A stretch of DNA of 24,412 nucleotides from Fimbriimonadales bacterium (GCA_041744215.1 JBGTLG010000010.1:1-24412), one strand, 5' to 3'. Positions 1 to 9,015 are shown, counted from the first letter of the stretch. A program made the numbers and translations. The notes: generated by a model not told the origin, from the letters alone.

Positions 1-433
1 CCAAATGGGGCTCGCGCCAGAAGGCGCCCCTCAGGCTGGTGGCGGCGGGCCCGCTGCAGGGGGCGGAGCCGGTGGCGGCGGCGGTGCAGCTGGCCAAATG
101 CCTGAAGGCTCGTTCTTCGTTCGCTGGGTGTACCAACGCGGAGGCGGCACGAGCATCAACTTCGTTTTTAACAAGTTCAACAAAGTCGTGCAGATCGAGG
201 CTATGGGCCTCGCGGCGAGCAACGTGAGAACCACTGGCGGGATCCGCCTCGGTTCGACGATTCAGCAAGTCATGGCCAAGTACGAGACGCCGGATAGCTA
301 CGACGTTGGCGGCGACTACTTCATGATGAAGTTCCTCCAGATGAGTCGTGTCGCTTTCCGGTTCACTCGCGAAACGCCAAAGTTGCCTTTCCGAGTGACG
401 GGGATCGTGGTCTCTGCTGGCAAGGCCGAATAG
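1..433 (+). CDS. Hypothetical protein, 5'-truncated by the window; Gly/Ala-rich linker followed by a small alpha/beta domain
   Basis: Frame is open from the window edge to TAG at 431-433. Protein-like C-terminal half (RLGSTIQQVMAKYETPD). Stop lies 7 nt before the dnaG ATG. Confidence 0.75.
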   Translation, partial: QMGLAPEGAPQAGGGGPAAGGGAGGGGGAAGQMPEGSFFVRWVYQRGGGTSINFVFNKFNKVVQIEAMGLAASNVRTTGGIRLGSTIQQVMAKYETPDSYDVGGDYFMMKFLQMSRVAFRFTRETPKLPFRVTGIVVSAGKAE

Positions 434-440
434 GCCGTGA

Positions 441-2099
441 ATGCATGATGACGTCGAACTCGTACGCGCTCGGGTTGATATCTTCGACCTTGTAGGCGAG
501 CGAGTTCAACTCAAACGTAGCGGAAGTTCCTGGCGGGGTCTTTGTCCATTCCACATGGAGAAGACCCCGTCGTTTTATGTTAACCCCCAGCGCGGTCGCT
601 ACACCTGCTTTGGCTGCCAGGCGACGGGCGACATATTTGACTGGGTCATGCGGACAGAGAATCTCGATTTCCGGGGCGCGCTCGAGATGCTCGCTCAAAG
701 AGCAGGAGTTACGCTATCCAAGCGCTCGGGGCCGGAGGCCGACGAGGCTGAACGCGCCGTTCAGGCGCTGGAGGTGGCGGCGAGGTTCTTTCGGTCTGAG
801 CTAAATCTCAATGCGTCCGCGCTCGACTACGTCCATAGTCGAGGACTCGACGAGGCGACGATCGAAGAGTGGGAGATTGGGTTTGCGCCCGAAAACCCCG
901 AAGCTCTTCCCTCGCATATCCGCGGCGAAGGACTCCGCCTTGAGGACGCCATGGCGGCTGGGCTCCTGTCCGGGTCACCGATGGAGGGATACCGTCCGTT
1001 CTTCCGTGGGCGCGTGATGTTTCCGATTCGCAACGACAAGGGCCGAGTCGTGGCCTTTGGGGGCAGGGCGATGGGGGACGACCAGCCGAAGTATGTGAAC
1101 TCACGCGACTCGATCGTCTTCAACAAGAGCCTCACGCTGTACGGCCTCCACCGCGCAAAGAAGTCGCTGATGGAGAGCCGATCCATCCTTATCACCGAAG
1201 GCTACCTTGACGTGATTGCGTGCCACAAAGCTGGCGTGCAGGGTGCCGTCGCGCCGTTGGGAACGGCGATGAATGAGCGCCACGCTGAGTTGATAAAGCG
1301 GTGGGCCACGCAAGCGACCTTGCTCTACGACAGCGATCGTGCGGGCCGAACAGCTGCGCGGAAAGCTTCGTCGATACTGGCGGCGGCAGGGGTGTCATCC
1401 AGGGTCGCCGTCCTGCCGTTGGGCTCAGATCCTGACTCTTTGTTCGCGACCAGCGGCGGTGCCGCACTGCGCGAGGTGGTCGGCAACGCTGTCAGTCCAC
1501 TCAGATTTGAGGTTCTTGCCTTGGAGCAGGAATTAGGCTTGGGCGATGACTACTGGCGGGAGGCCAGGGCCGTTTTGGCACAGGCTACCAACTACCTGGA
1601 ACGCGACCAGATCATCGCGGAACTCGCAGCGCGGCATCCGACGGCGCGGTTCGGGCTACAGCAAGCGGTTGAGTCGTTCAGGCGGGAGGTTGAAGCCCTA
1701 TCGCCTCGCGGACGACGGCGTGCTGCGCCACGGGTTGGACAAGACGAAGAAGTGGCTCTCCCGAGCGCACCTGAGCGCATGATTCTGCGAGCGGCGCTGC
1801 GGGACGAACATCGAGCCAGCGTTTGGAGTTTGCTCTCGGAAGAGGGGCTCGTCGTGAGCCCGCCTGGGAGAGCGCTGGCGGCCGAGATTCTTGATTGCGC
1901 GGCCGCTGACAGAGAGCTGGACGGTGGTGAGTTACTCGCGCTGCTCTCAGAAGCATCTCGGGCAGCGATGGCGAGGCTCGAATCGCCGTCGGAGGGCCCG
2001 GTGACTGAGGTTGCAATTCACGACTCAATCAAGAAGCTGACGGGTCAGCGCGATTTGCGAGCCAACCGGGCCGCGTTCGAGTCGGGCAAGGAAGATTAG
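441..2099 (+). CDS. dnaG: DNA primase
   Basis: CHC2 zinc finger CPFHMEKTPSF...CFGC; core FRGRVMFPI...FGGR, PKYVNS; TOPRIM motifs EGYLDV and YDSDRAG. Confidence 0.97.
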   Translation: MHDDVELVRARVDIFDLVGERVQLKRSGSSWRGLCPFHMEKTPSFYVNPQRGRYTCFGCQATGDIFDWVMRTENLDFRGALEMLAQRAGVTLSKRSGPEADEAERAVQALEVAARFFRSELNLNASALDYVHSRGLDEATIEEWEIGFAPENPEALPSHIRGEGLRLEDAMAAGLLSGSPMEGYRPFFRGRVMFPIRNDKGRVVAFGGRAMGDDQPKYVNSRDSIVFNKSLTLYGLHRAKKSLMESRSILITEGYLDVIACHKAGVQGAVAPLGTAMNERHAELIKRWATQATLLYDSDRAGRTAARKASSILAAAGVSSRVAVLPLGSDPDSLFATSGGAALREVVGNAVSPLRFEVLALEQELGLGDDYWREARAVLAQATNYLERDQIIAELAARHPTARFGLQQAVESFRREVEALSPRGRRRAAPRVGQDEEVALPSAPERMILRAALRDEHRASVWSLLSEEGLVVSPPGRALAAEILDCAAADRELDGGELLALLSEASRAAMARLESPSEGPVTEVAIHDSIKKLTGQRDLRANRAAFESGKED

Positions 2100-2177
2100 G
2101 CGCTGCGTGAGTTGCGCCGAATCCGGGGCGAAAACTGAAGTATAGTGTTATGTAGTACCTTGTTAGGTGCTTGGGGG

Positions 2178-3122
2178 GTGAACCCACCTTTGGCAGATGT
2201 GAACCGTGATGTTCTGAGGGCGCCAGATACGTGGTCGATGGAAGCTACGATTGACCATGAGAGTAGTTGCGAGCCGCTGGAGGATTCGAATCAGGCGGAC
2301 GACGTCACCGCGTGGTGGCTTCGTGCCGTCGGGCGAACGCCACTGTTAAATCTAGAGCACGAGCGCCGGATCGCCAAGGAAGCGAGGAACGGATGTCTCA
2401 ATGCGAAGGCGCTGATGGTCGAATCCAACCTTCGACTCGTCGTCAGCGTAGCCAAGAGGTACCAAAACCGCGGTCTTCCTTTGCACGATTTGATTCAGGA
2501 GGGCAGCTTGGGCCTGATTCGAGCGGTGGAGAAGTTCGATCCGGATAAGGGATATCGGTTCAGCACGTACGCCACGTGGTGGATTCGCCAGGCAGTCTCT
2601 CGCGCCATTGCCGACAATGGTCGGACCATCCGCATCCCCGCCCATGTCGTGTGCATGCTGAATCGCCTGTCGCGCGTCGCGAGCGATTTGCACTCGCTTA
2701 GCGGCAGGCCACCGACTGACGAAGAGATCGCAGCGGTGATGCGACTTGATGTTGAGCGAGTACGAAGCATGAGGAGGCACCTTCACGAGCCTCTCTCGCT
2801 CGATGCACCTCTGGCGGAAGACGGCACGGCACTGTCGGACACGGTTTGTAGCACCGAGATGGAGGACCTGCCGAATGAGTCAGCCGCCCGACGCCTACTC
2901 CAGCAGAGACTCGAAGAGTTGCTTTCAGTACTAGAAGACAGAGAGCGAGTGGTCCTTCGAATGCGATTTGGCTTACACGACGGCGCGCAGTGCACGCTGG
3001 AAGAGATATCCACCGCACTCGGCTTGTCGCGCGAGGGCGTGAGGCAGATTGAAAAGCGAGCGATGCGCAAGTTGCGGAAGCCGCTTTATCGCCAAGATTT
3101 TTCCGATCTGACGGAATCATAA
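2178..3122 (+). CDS. RNA polymerase sigma-70 factor, RpoD/SigA-like family, lacking region 1.1
   Basis: Region 2: [38 protein letters not shown]. Region 3: SLDAPL. Region 4: TLEEI...SREGVRQIE. Start uncertain: GTG 2178 with AGGTG upstream, or 2145 / ATG 2238. Confidence 0.92.
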   Translation: MNPPLADVNRDVLRAPDTWSMEATIDHESSCEPLEDSNQADDVTAWWLRAVGRTPLLNLEHERRIAKEARNGCLNAKALMVESNLRLVVSVAKRYQNRGLPLHDLIQEGSLGLIRAVEKFDPDKGYRFSTYATWWIRQAVSRAIADNGRTIRIPAHVVCMLNRLSRVASDLHSLSGRPPTDEEIAAVMRLDVERVRSMRRHLHEPLSLDAPLAEDGTALSDTVCSTEMEDLPNESAARRLLQQRLEELLSVLEDRERVVLRMRFGLHDGAQCTLEEISTALGLSREGVRQIEKRAMRKLRKPLYRQDFSDLTES

Positions 3123-3148
3123 TCTGCTTACAGCCCAATCAGTCAATC

Positions 3149-3934
3149 GTGAGAAAACCCAGTCTGTCACCCTCGCGCATCAGCACATACCTTGCGTGTC
3201 CCGTGAAGTATCGATGGACGTACATCGATCCTCGCGGGAGGATGTTCCTTCGGTCGAAAGCATATTATTCATTTGGATCGAGTCTGCATCGTGTTTTGCA
3301 ACGATTTCATGATGAAGGGGATCGCGGTGTTACTACGGTGGAGGAAGCGGTCTCGAAGCTTGAAGAGAACTGGATCACAGCGGGTTACTCCTCGCCTGAG
3401 GAGGCAGCAGAAGCGTTGGCGGACGGCCGCGAGCTTATCTCCCAATATGTCGAAGAAGTTGCCGCTAGGCCTCCGACCGCGAGAACTATCTGTGTAGAGA
3501 AACAGTTTCGCGAGGATATGGGCTCGTTCGTTTTGATTGGACGAGTCGATAGGATAGACCAGCACGAAGACAACACTCTTGAAATCATCGACTACAAAAG
3601 TGGCAGGAGCGAAACTACTCTTGACAGCTTGAGAGACGATCTCGCGATGAACTGCTACCAGCTTCTCGTGAGGTCGAAACTGCAGCCCAATCGAGTATTG
3701 AGCACGATCGTCGCGCTGAGAACAAACCACGCCCTTTCCTACGAGCCCGAACGCGCAGAGCTTGACCAGTTTAGGGCGGACCTGCTGGATCTCGGAACCG
3801 AGATTATCGAACGAGACTTTGAAGAGTTGCGGCCGACCGTAAAAGCGATATGCCCAAGGTGCGACTTCCTCCCGCTATGTATGCGAGACGAAGAGTTTGC
3901 AGAGAGATTTAGGGAGTTAGAAACGGGCGAATAA
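3149..3934 (+). CDS. PD-(D/E)XK nuclease, RecB/AddB/Cas4-like, probable Fe-S cluster
   Basis: LSPSRISTYLACP, GSSLH, GRVDRID, IIDYKSG and C-terminal CPRCDFLPLC (1+3 Cys arrangement). Confidence 0.9.
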   Translation: MRKPSLSPSRISTYLACPVKYRWTYIDPRGRMFLRSKAYYSFGSSLHRVLQRFHDEGDRGVTTVEEAVSKLEENWITAGYSSPEEAAEALADGRELISQYVEEVAARPPTARTICVEKQFREDMGSFVLIGRVDRIDQHEDNTLEIIDYKSGRSETTLDSLRDDLAMNCYQLLVRSKLQPNRVLSTIVALRTNHALSYEPERAELDQFRADLLDLGTEIIERDFEELRPTVKAICPRCDFLPLCMRDEEFAERFRELETGE

Positions 3935-4748
3935 TCGATCCGGCATCTTCAAGTTTCTGTGGATCGATTCCAGTCCTTCCCTCGAAAAGCGTAACCAAAG
4001 CGGAAGTCGCGATGTTTCCTGTTGCGCCGGGTGCGAATGGGCAGCCGCCGATTCCTCCTGCGCTCGAATCAAAGGTCCGTATGCCCATCTCTTCCGAAGC
4101 TGCGGCGTTATCCAACGCATTGCCGAACGTGTCATGAAAATGCAGAGCAGCTTTCTCCACGGGACAAACTTGCAGTACATGATCCAGCACTCGCCTGACA
4201 TCATCTGTTGTCGCTTTTCCGATCGTGTCGCCGATCGATATCTCTACACAACCGATGTCAAGCAGTTGATCTACGACCGCAACGACGGCAGCAGGTTTGA
4301 TTTGCCCTTCGTAGGGGCAGTAGAACGCAGTCGAAACATAACCGCGGACTGGAACAGGCGAGCGGTCGAGGACGGGTCTGAATCGTTCCATTGTCTCGGC
4401 AATTGACGCGCTCGTATTCTTTTGGCTAAAGGTCTCGCTCGCAGCAGTAAAGACGGCAATCTTATCAACATTCGCTTCCATCGCACGTTCCAAACCTTTT
4501 TCGTTTGGCACGAGCGCCGAGTAAACAACTCCGGGAACGCGCTTGATCTCTCGGAACACATCGAGCGCGTCGGAGAGTTGCGGCACCCACTTGGGTGATA
4601 CGAACGAGGAAACCTCAATCTCATGCAAACCTGTTTGCGAGAGGGCGTCTACAAAAGCGATCTTTGCTTCGGTCGGGATGATCGCTTTTTCATTCTGCAG
4701 GCCGTCGCGAGGTCCTACCTCCACGATTCGGATCTTATCTGTTATCAC
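3909..4748 (-). CDS. hmgL: Hydroxymethylglutaryl-CoA lyase
   Basis: EVGPRDGLQNE, SFVSPKWVPQL, DTIG, LHFHDT, GGCPFAPGATGN. GTG start overlaps the upstream TGA (GTGA). Confidence 0.95.
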   Translation of the reverse strand: MITDKIRIVEVGPRDGLQNEKAIIPTEAKIAFVDALSQTGLHEIEVSSFVSPKWVPQLSDALDVFREIKRVPGVVYSALVPNEKGLERAMEANVDKIAVFTAASETFSQKNTSASIAETMERFRPVLDRSPVPVRGYVSTAFYCPYEGQIKPAAVVAVVDQLLDIGCVEISIGDTIGKATTDDVRRVLDHVLQVCPVEKAALHFHDTFGNALDNAAASEEMGIRTFDSSAGGIGGCPFAPGATGNIATSALVTLFEGRTGIDPQKLEDAGSIIRPFLTP

Positions 4749-5164
4749 TCCAGTCTCACCAGCAAGCGTCCGAGGTCGACCAGCTCACCGGGATCCGCAC
4801 CAATTTCGGCAACTTTGCCGTCGATCTCCGATTCCAATCGGTACTCCATTTTCATCGCCTCAAGGACGGCGACTGTTTGGCCGACTACTACGACGTCACC
4901 CTTCGAAACCAAGATGGATGCGACACGCCCCGTCATCGGCGCACGAAGCTCGGTTTTTGCTGCGACCGCGTCAAGTGCTGGCAAAGTGAACATCGCCGTG
5001 TAGCCTTCCCACGCGACCCAAACGTTGAGCCCTTCCCTGGCAACGTACGGGTAAAGAACATTTTCATCCAAAAACATGACACTCTCTTCGTTGTTGCCCA
5101 ACTGCAATCCGGCGCTTCCGGGTACGACGATTCGTTTTTCGCCATTCGGGCCTACGATTCTCAC
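4745..5164 (-). CDS. Biotin carboxyl carrier protein (biotin/lipoyl attachment domain with N-terminal extension)
   Basis: APMTGRV...EAMKME biotinylation motif. Probable start GTG 5164 overlaps the biotin carboxylase TGA, with GGAGG (5174-5170) 5 nt upstream; the ORF track starts at 5194. Confidence 0.9.
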   Translation of the reverse strand: MRIVGPNGEKRIVVPGSAGLQLGNNEESVMFLDENVLYPYVAREGLNVWVAWEGYTAMFTLPALDAVAAKTELRAPMTGRVASILVSKGDVVVVGQTVAVLEAMKMEYRLESEIDGKVAEIGADPGELVDLGRLLVRLE

Positions 5165-6579
5165 TGTATCCTCCACCCTGGATGAGACTGCCACGGGACT
5201 GGGGCTGTGCGGTTCGGCCCTTGGAACACAAGCGCAGCCGCCAGCTCAATCTCTGGGGGAACCGGACGCTCGCCAATGTCTATTGAATCCACCGTCGAAG
5301 TAAACGTCTGGCCATCTCGGAAGGCATCACTCTCAAGCAACTGAAGAAGGAAGGTCTGGTTTGTGTAAACGCCAAGCACGGCGGTCTCTCTCAAAGCGTC
5401 GCAAAGAGCCTGCCTTGCCTCTTCGCGCGTATCTCCGTGCGCGATGATCTTTGCGATTAGCGAGTCATAGCGCGTGGCAACAAAATCGCCGAGGCCAGTA
5501 TCTATTCGGACGCTGTCGGGAAAGTGTTTGAGCAACACCCTGCCCGCGCTCGGCATGAAGTTCTTGTAGGGATCCTCTGCGTTCAGCCGCGCTTCGATCG
5601 CATGACCGGTGCACCTTACTTGTTTTTGTTCGATCATGGGAAGGCCACCGGCGATTTCTATCTGCATCCTTACGAGATCGAGTCCGGTGCAAAGCTCCGT
5701 CACGGGATGTTCGACCTGCAGGCGCGTGTTGACCTCCAGGAAGTAAAAGCCTCCCGAAGGACCAAGCAGGAATTCAACGGTGCCAGCGTTCGAGTATCCG
5801 ACCGCCTCTGCAATGCGTCGAGCTGAGTCGAATAAGTCTTGTCGAAGCGCGTCATCTATCGCGGTAGATGGCGACTCTTCGATCAGTTTTTGATGGCGTC
5901 GCTGCAAACTGCATTCTCGTTCGCCAAGCGCAATTGCACGAGTTCCGTCCCCGAAGATTTGCACTTCGATGTGCCTCGCCGGCTCGATGTATCGCTCAAC
6001 GATGAGTCGATCGTCGCCGAAAGCGGCTTTTGTCTCGCGTTGTGACGACTCAATTTGCGAGTTGAGGTCGGCAAGCTCAAGAAGCCTCTTCATTCCTTTG
6101 CCGCCGCCACCGGAGGCAGCCTTCAGCATCAGCGGTGCGCCGAGCAAGGTCGCGGCTTTTGCGATTTCATCCGCGTCAGAAAATGGCCCAAACCCTTCCG
6201 CTACGGGGATTCCAATGCTCATTGCGATTTCTCGTGCGGCGGCCTTGTCGCCGAGCGACAACATGGATTTTGGAGACGGCCCAATGAAGCGCAGTCCGGC
6301 ATCGATGCAGGCCTGTGACAACGCCGCGCTCTCGCTGAGGAAACCGTACCCTGGGTGGATTGCATCGGCGCCCGATTCCTTCGCGGCGGCGAGAATAGAC
6401 TCGATGCTCAGGTAGTCGTCGATGTGGATCGACGTCTCTGCGGATCGTGCATGGGGGGAACCGAGGTCATCGTCAGTGAACACCGCAGCCGTGCCGATGC
6501 CCATTTCATGAGCAGATCGGAACACACGGCAGGCGATTTCACCACGGTTGGCGACGAGGATGCGCTGGATCGGAAACAT
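5161..6579 (-). CDS. Biotin carboxylase subunit, probably of 3-methylcrotonyl-CoA (acyl-CoA) carboxylase
   Basis: ILVANRGEIA, IHPGYGFLSE, GGGGKGM, RECSLQRRHQK, FLEVNTRLQVEHPVTE, YDSLIAK. No MKM motif in this chain. Adjacent to HMG-CoA lyase. Confidence 0.93.
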   Translation of the reverse strand: MFPIQRILVANRGEIACRVFRSAHEMGIGTAAVFTDDDLGSPHARSAETSIHIDDYLSIESILAAAKESGADAIHPGYGFLSESAALSQACIDAGLRFIGPSPKSMLSLGDKAAAREIAMSIGIPVAEGFGPFSDADEIAKAATLLGAPLMLKAASGGGGKGMKRLLELADLNSQIESSQRETKAAFGDDRLIVERYIEPARHIEVQIFGDGTRAIALGERECSLQRRHQKLIEESPSTAIDDALRQDLFDSARRIAEAVGYSNAGTVEFLLGPSGGFYFLEVNTRLQVEHPVTELCTGLDLVRMQIEIAGGLPMIEQKQVRCTGHAIEARLNAEDPYKNFMPSAGRVLLKHFPDSVRIDTGLGDFVATRYDSLIAKIIAHGDTREEARQALCDALRETAVLGVYTNQTFLLQLLESDAFRDGQTFTSTVDSIDIGERPVPPEIELAAALVFQGPNRTAPVPWQSHPGWRIQ

Positions 6580-7418
6580 CAGCGGGAGTTATTGTGGCCC
6601 AAACTTGCGAGTTCGATCCGGGCAGTCACGGGAAAGTGGTCAGATGGATACCGCCCGTCCGTGTTCGCCCGCACAATCTCCGATTCGAGCACGTTCCAAT
6701 GCCCAGAGACGAAGATGTAGTCGATCTTCTCACCCGTGGTGTGCCCCTTGAATGCGTGAAATGTGCCGACATCAACCGCGTCTTGATGGATTTGTCGAAA
6801 GCTATCGACGAAACCGAAACCGTCGTCGCCCGTGACCTTGCGAATTGCTAGATTTGACTCCCCTGCGTTGAAGTCTCCTCCAAAGATCAGCGGGAGCCCT
6901 TTTGAGTTGCTCGCCATGTGATCAGCGATCAACGAGACGGACCGTTCGCGCGACGGCTGCGACTCATGATCAAGGTGCGTGTTGTAAACAGCGATAACAC
7001 GACCCCCGAACTCGAATCGCGCCCACGTGCAGATTCGCGTGACGCGATTTCCCCAAGTCATGCTATTCGGTTTGGTCGGAGTGTCTGATAGCCAAAACCA
7101 CCCGCAGCCACCGAGTCCAAACTTCGACTTTCGGAAGAGGATCGCTGCGTATTCTCCCTTTGCGGCGCCATCTTCCCTACCGCAGCCAACCTCAGCATAG
7201 CCAGGAACAGCGCTTTTGATCTCGTCGATCTGCGACCTGAGCGCTTCTTGGAGCAAAAGCAGATCCGGCGACTGCTGACGGATCACTTCCAGGCACAAAT
7301 CCCGCCGAAGTTCCCAGCGGTCATTGCCATCGTTCGCCGTCGCGTACCTGACATTGAAGGACATCACGTTGATAGCTGACGGCGCGACGACGAAGTTCGC
7401 CATTAATGCCACGAGCAT
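6579..7418 (-). CDS. Endonuclease/exonuclease/phosphatase (EEP) family protein
   Basis: VMSFNVRY, LLQEA, NTHLDH, GDFN, IDYIF, SDHFPV. Start moved to ATG 7418 (6 nt after TATGAT; hydrophobic N-terminus). Stop overlaps the next ATG (TGATG). Confidence 0.92.
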   Translation of the reverse strand: MLVALMANFVVAPSAINVMSFNVRYATANDGNDRWELRRDLCLEVIRQQSPDLLLLQEALRSQIDEIKSAVPGYAEVGCGREDGAAKGEYAAILFRKSKFGLGGCGWFWLSDTPTKPNSMTWGNRVTRICTWARFEFGGRVIAVYNTHLDHESQPSRERSVSLIADHMASNSKGLPLIFGGDFNAGESNLAIRKVTGDDGFGFVDSFRQIHQDAVDVGTFHAFKGHTTGEKIDYIFVSGHWNVLESEIVRANTDGRYPSDHFPVTARIELASLGHNNSR

Positions 7419-7431
7419 AATCCCATCATAC
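7419..7431 (-). promoter_or_regulatory. Putative -10 element of a leaderless promoter (GTATGAT-N6-ATG)
   Basis: Minus strand reads GCGTATGAT GGGATT ATG; no Shine-Dalgarno sequence. Confidence 0.55.
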
Positions 7432-7468
7432 GCCAAGCCGCGCGTGGTTGCGGTATCGTCTCCATCTG

Positions 7469-7921
7469 ATGATCGCCTTAGTTTGCGCAATCGGTACCTT
7501 GGCACCCACTACTGCTATGAACATTGATGACCTACGCTGGATGTCCGGAAGCTGGAAATGTGAGATATGGGGGGGCACTTTTGAGGAAGTTTGGCTCCCA
7601 CCTTCCGGCGGAACAATGCAGGGCGTGGGGCGGCATTTGTCCGACGGGAAGACGGGGTTCATGGAATTCATGTCCATCGAGCCAACCTCTGACGGCGGGC
7701 TGACTATGTGGATGGTCCTGGGCGCGCCATCAAAGGGGGACAAGAAACCTGTTCCATTCATGGCAACGAAGGTTGACGCAAAAGAGTCGGTGTGGGAGAA
7801 CCCTGCGAACAGTTCGCCGACAGCGATCCACTATTCGACGGGAGACGGCGAAGGCATGGTGTGTACGCTTAAGTCAATCGGCAAGCCAGATGAAGTGTTC
7901 CGATTCGTGCGTTCGAAGTAG
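7469..7921 (+). CDS. Exported protein, DUF6265-like
   Basis: Signal-like MIALVCAIGTLAPTTA, then LRWMSGSW...EEVW...GGTMQG...FMEFMSI...WENPANSSPTAIHY, the pattern I recognise from DUF6265. Start 7469 preferred to TTG 7448. Confidence 0.75.
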   Translation: MIALVCAIGTLAPTTAMNIDDLRWMSGSWKCEIWGGTFEEVWLPPSGGTMQGVGRHLSDGKTGFMEFMSIEPTSDGGLTMWMVLGAPSKGDKKPVPFMATKVDAKESVWENPANSSPTAIHYSTGDGEGMVCTLKSIGKPDEVFRFVRSK

Positions 7922-7944
7922 CTTTGCCCACTGGCCAGCGAGTG

Positions 7945-9015
7945 ATGATCCCTAACTTCATCTTCGCGGACGAAATGATGGGGTACGACTTCGGGTGGAG
8001 GCACCCGCTGAAACCAGAGCGATTGCGCCGCACGATCGAACTCCTGAAGGCCGAGCATGCGATCGATCCAGTTCGGCCGGAACCCGCAGATGAGGCTGAT
8101 CTCTATCGAGTCCATTCGCGCGAGTACGTCGACGCAATCAGGCGTGGGACGCCAGACGCAGAGTTTGGGATAGGAACTCTTGACAATCCTGTTTTTGAAG
8201 GGATGCATGAGAAGTCGCTGTGGTATGTCGGAGGCGCTGTTGAAGCTGCGAAGCGCGTGCGAGATGGCGCGAGTTTGGCAATCAACATTAGTGGTGGGCT
8301 CCATCACGCGATGCGCGACCAAGCAGGGGGGTTTTGCATCTACAACGATCCCGCGATCATGATCAGCATCTTGCGTGAACGCTTCGACAGTGTTGCTTAC
8401 ATCGACATAGATGTTCATCATGGCGATGGAGTTGAGGCGATCTTCTCTGACGATGCTAGTGTCATGACGATCAGCATTCACGAGTCTGGAAAGACGCTGT
8501 TTCCGGGTACTGGTTTTGTCGAGGACGTCGGGCTTGCGGGGACTAGCGTCAACATACCGCTCAACGCAAAGACCACAGGGGATGTTTGGTTAAACACATT
8601 CGAGCAAGTTGCTCCCGAAGCGATCAAGCGATTTAACCCCGGTGCAATTGTCCTGCAGATGGGTACTGACCCTCACTTCCTGGACCCGCTTGGCCACTTG
8701 CTCGTGTCTGCGCGCGAGTGGGTCGATGCGGTGCGCGTAGTGAGATCGTTTGATCTGCCAATCGCCGCCTGCGGCGGTGGGGGTTACAATCTCACAACTG
8801 TTCCGAGAATGTGGGCTGCGGCTTGCTTCACGCTTGCCGACATGGAAGTTCCATCCGCAATTCCTGCTGAGTTGCGCGACATGATGGAGGTTGAGAGTTA
8901 CTGGGATGAGGAAACTCCTCCGCCGAACGCGCTAAGCCAAAGCGCAGCGCAGGCCGCCATCGATTTCCATTTGGCGAGGTTCAGGACTGAGCCTCAATTC
9001 CCGCGGCACGCTTGA
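7945..9015 (+). CDS. acuC: Zn-dependent deacetylase, histone deacetylase superfamily (AcuC-like)
   Basis: HPLKPERL, GGLHHA, GFCIYND, IDIDVHHGDG, SIHESG, LFPGTG, DPLGHL, GGGGY. Start is 7942 or 7945. Confidence 0.9.
   Translation: MIPNFIFADEMMGYDFGWRHPLKPERLRRTIELLKAEHAIDPVRPEPADEADLYRVHSREYVDAIRRGTPDAEFGIGTLDNPVFEGMHEKSLWYVGGAVEAAKRVRDGASLAINISGGLHHAMRDQAGGFCIYNDPAIMISILRERFDSVAYIDIDVHHGDGVEAIFSDDASVMTISIHESGKTLFPGTGFVEDVGLAGTSVNIPLNAKTTGDVWLNTFEQVAPEAIKRFNPGAIVLQMGTDPHFLDPLGHLLVSAREWVDAVRVVRSFDLPIAACGGGGYNLTTVPRMWAAACFTLADMEVPSAIPAELRDMMEVESYWDEETPPPNALSQSAAQAAIDFHLARFRTEPQFPRHA

Noticed and set aside
30-95. GGC/GGT-rich stretch resembling a tandem repeat
   Set aside because: Explained by a Gly/Ala-rich linker in the coding frame.
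982-991. TGGAGGGATA in dnaG is complementary to the candidate sRNA seed TATCCCTCCA
   Set aside because: A single 10-nt match inside a CDS is plausible by chance, and it is not at a start site.
3149-3934. cas4 / CRISPR system
   Set aside because: No repeat-spacer array or other cas genes in the window.
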